From: Eledone cirrhosa
Lineage: Eukaryota
DNA length: 64,000 nucleotides
Reading direction: 5' to 3'
NCBI GenBank assembly: GCA_964016885.1
Contig: OZ024747.1
Coordinates: forward strand, 72,850,001-72,914,000
Of this stretch, positions 63,984-64,000 are shown piece by piece (positions within the stretch are counted from its first letter, which is position 1; each line of letters starts with the position of its first letter). The position numbers and the translations under genes were made by a program. A model generated the notes under the pieces. The model searched no databases, was not told the DNA's origin, and was given only the letters and a program-made list of their open reading frames with translations.

Positions 63984-64000
63984 GGTCCATGGTAATTTAA

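Overview
Gene-free, AT-rich eukaryotic DNA made almost entirely of retrotransposons nested in microsatellites ((TA)n, (TATG)n, (AAT)n, (CA)n). The SINE sequences and repeat spectrum resemble an octopus/coleoid cephalopod genome (inference from remembered repeat families, not from a search). No host gene exon was recognised. Contents: (i) at least four lineages of Penelope-like elements (RT + GIY-YIG) with tandem and inverted pseudo-LTRs; several carry type I hammerhead ribozymes, some with unusual cores. (ii) R4/Dong-like RLE LINEs: one family in (ATAC)n, two fragments in (TAA)n. (iii) Two L1/Tx1-like elements head-to-tail in (AAT)n. (iv) RTE-clade elements, including copies with tandem C-terminal C2H2 fingers and a ~600-bp non-autonomous 5'UTR+3'end derivative. 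(v) A CR1-group RT, tRNA-derived SINEs, a non-autonomous Helitron and several minisatellites. Best leads: apparent microsatellite-specific targeting by unrelated LINEs, variant hammerheads, a conserved structured RNA module in RTE 5' leaders, and Penelope/Tx1 chimeric junctions at one recurring motif. Boundaries were read by eye and are approximate (a few to tens of bases).
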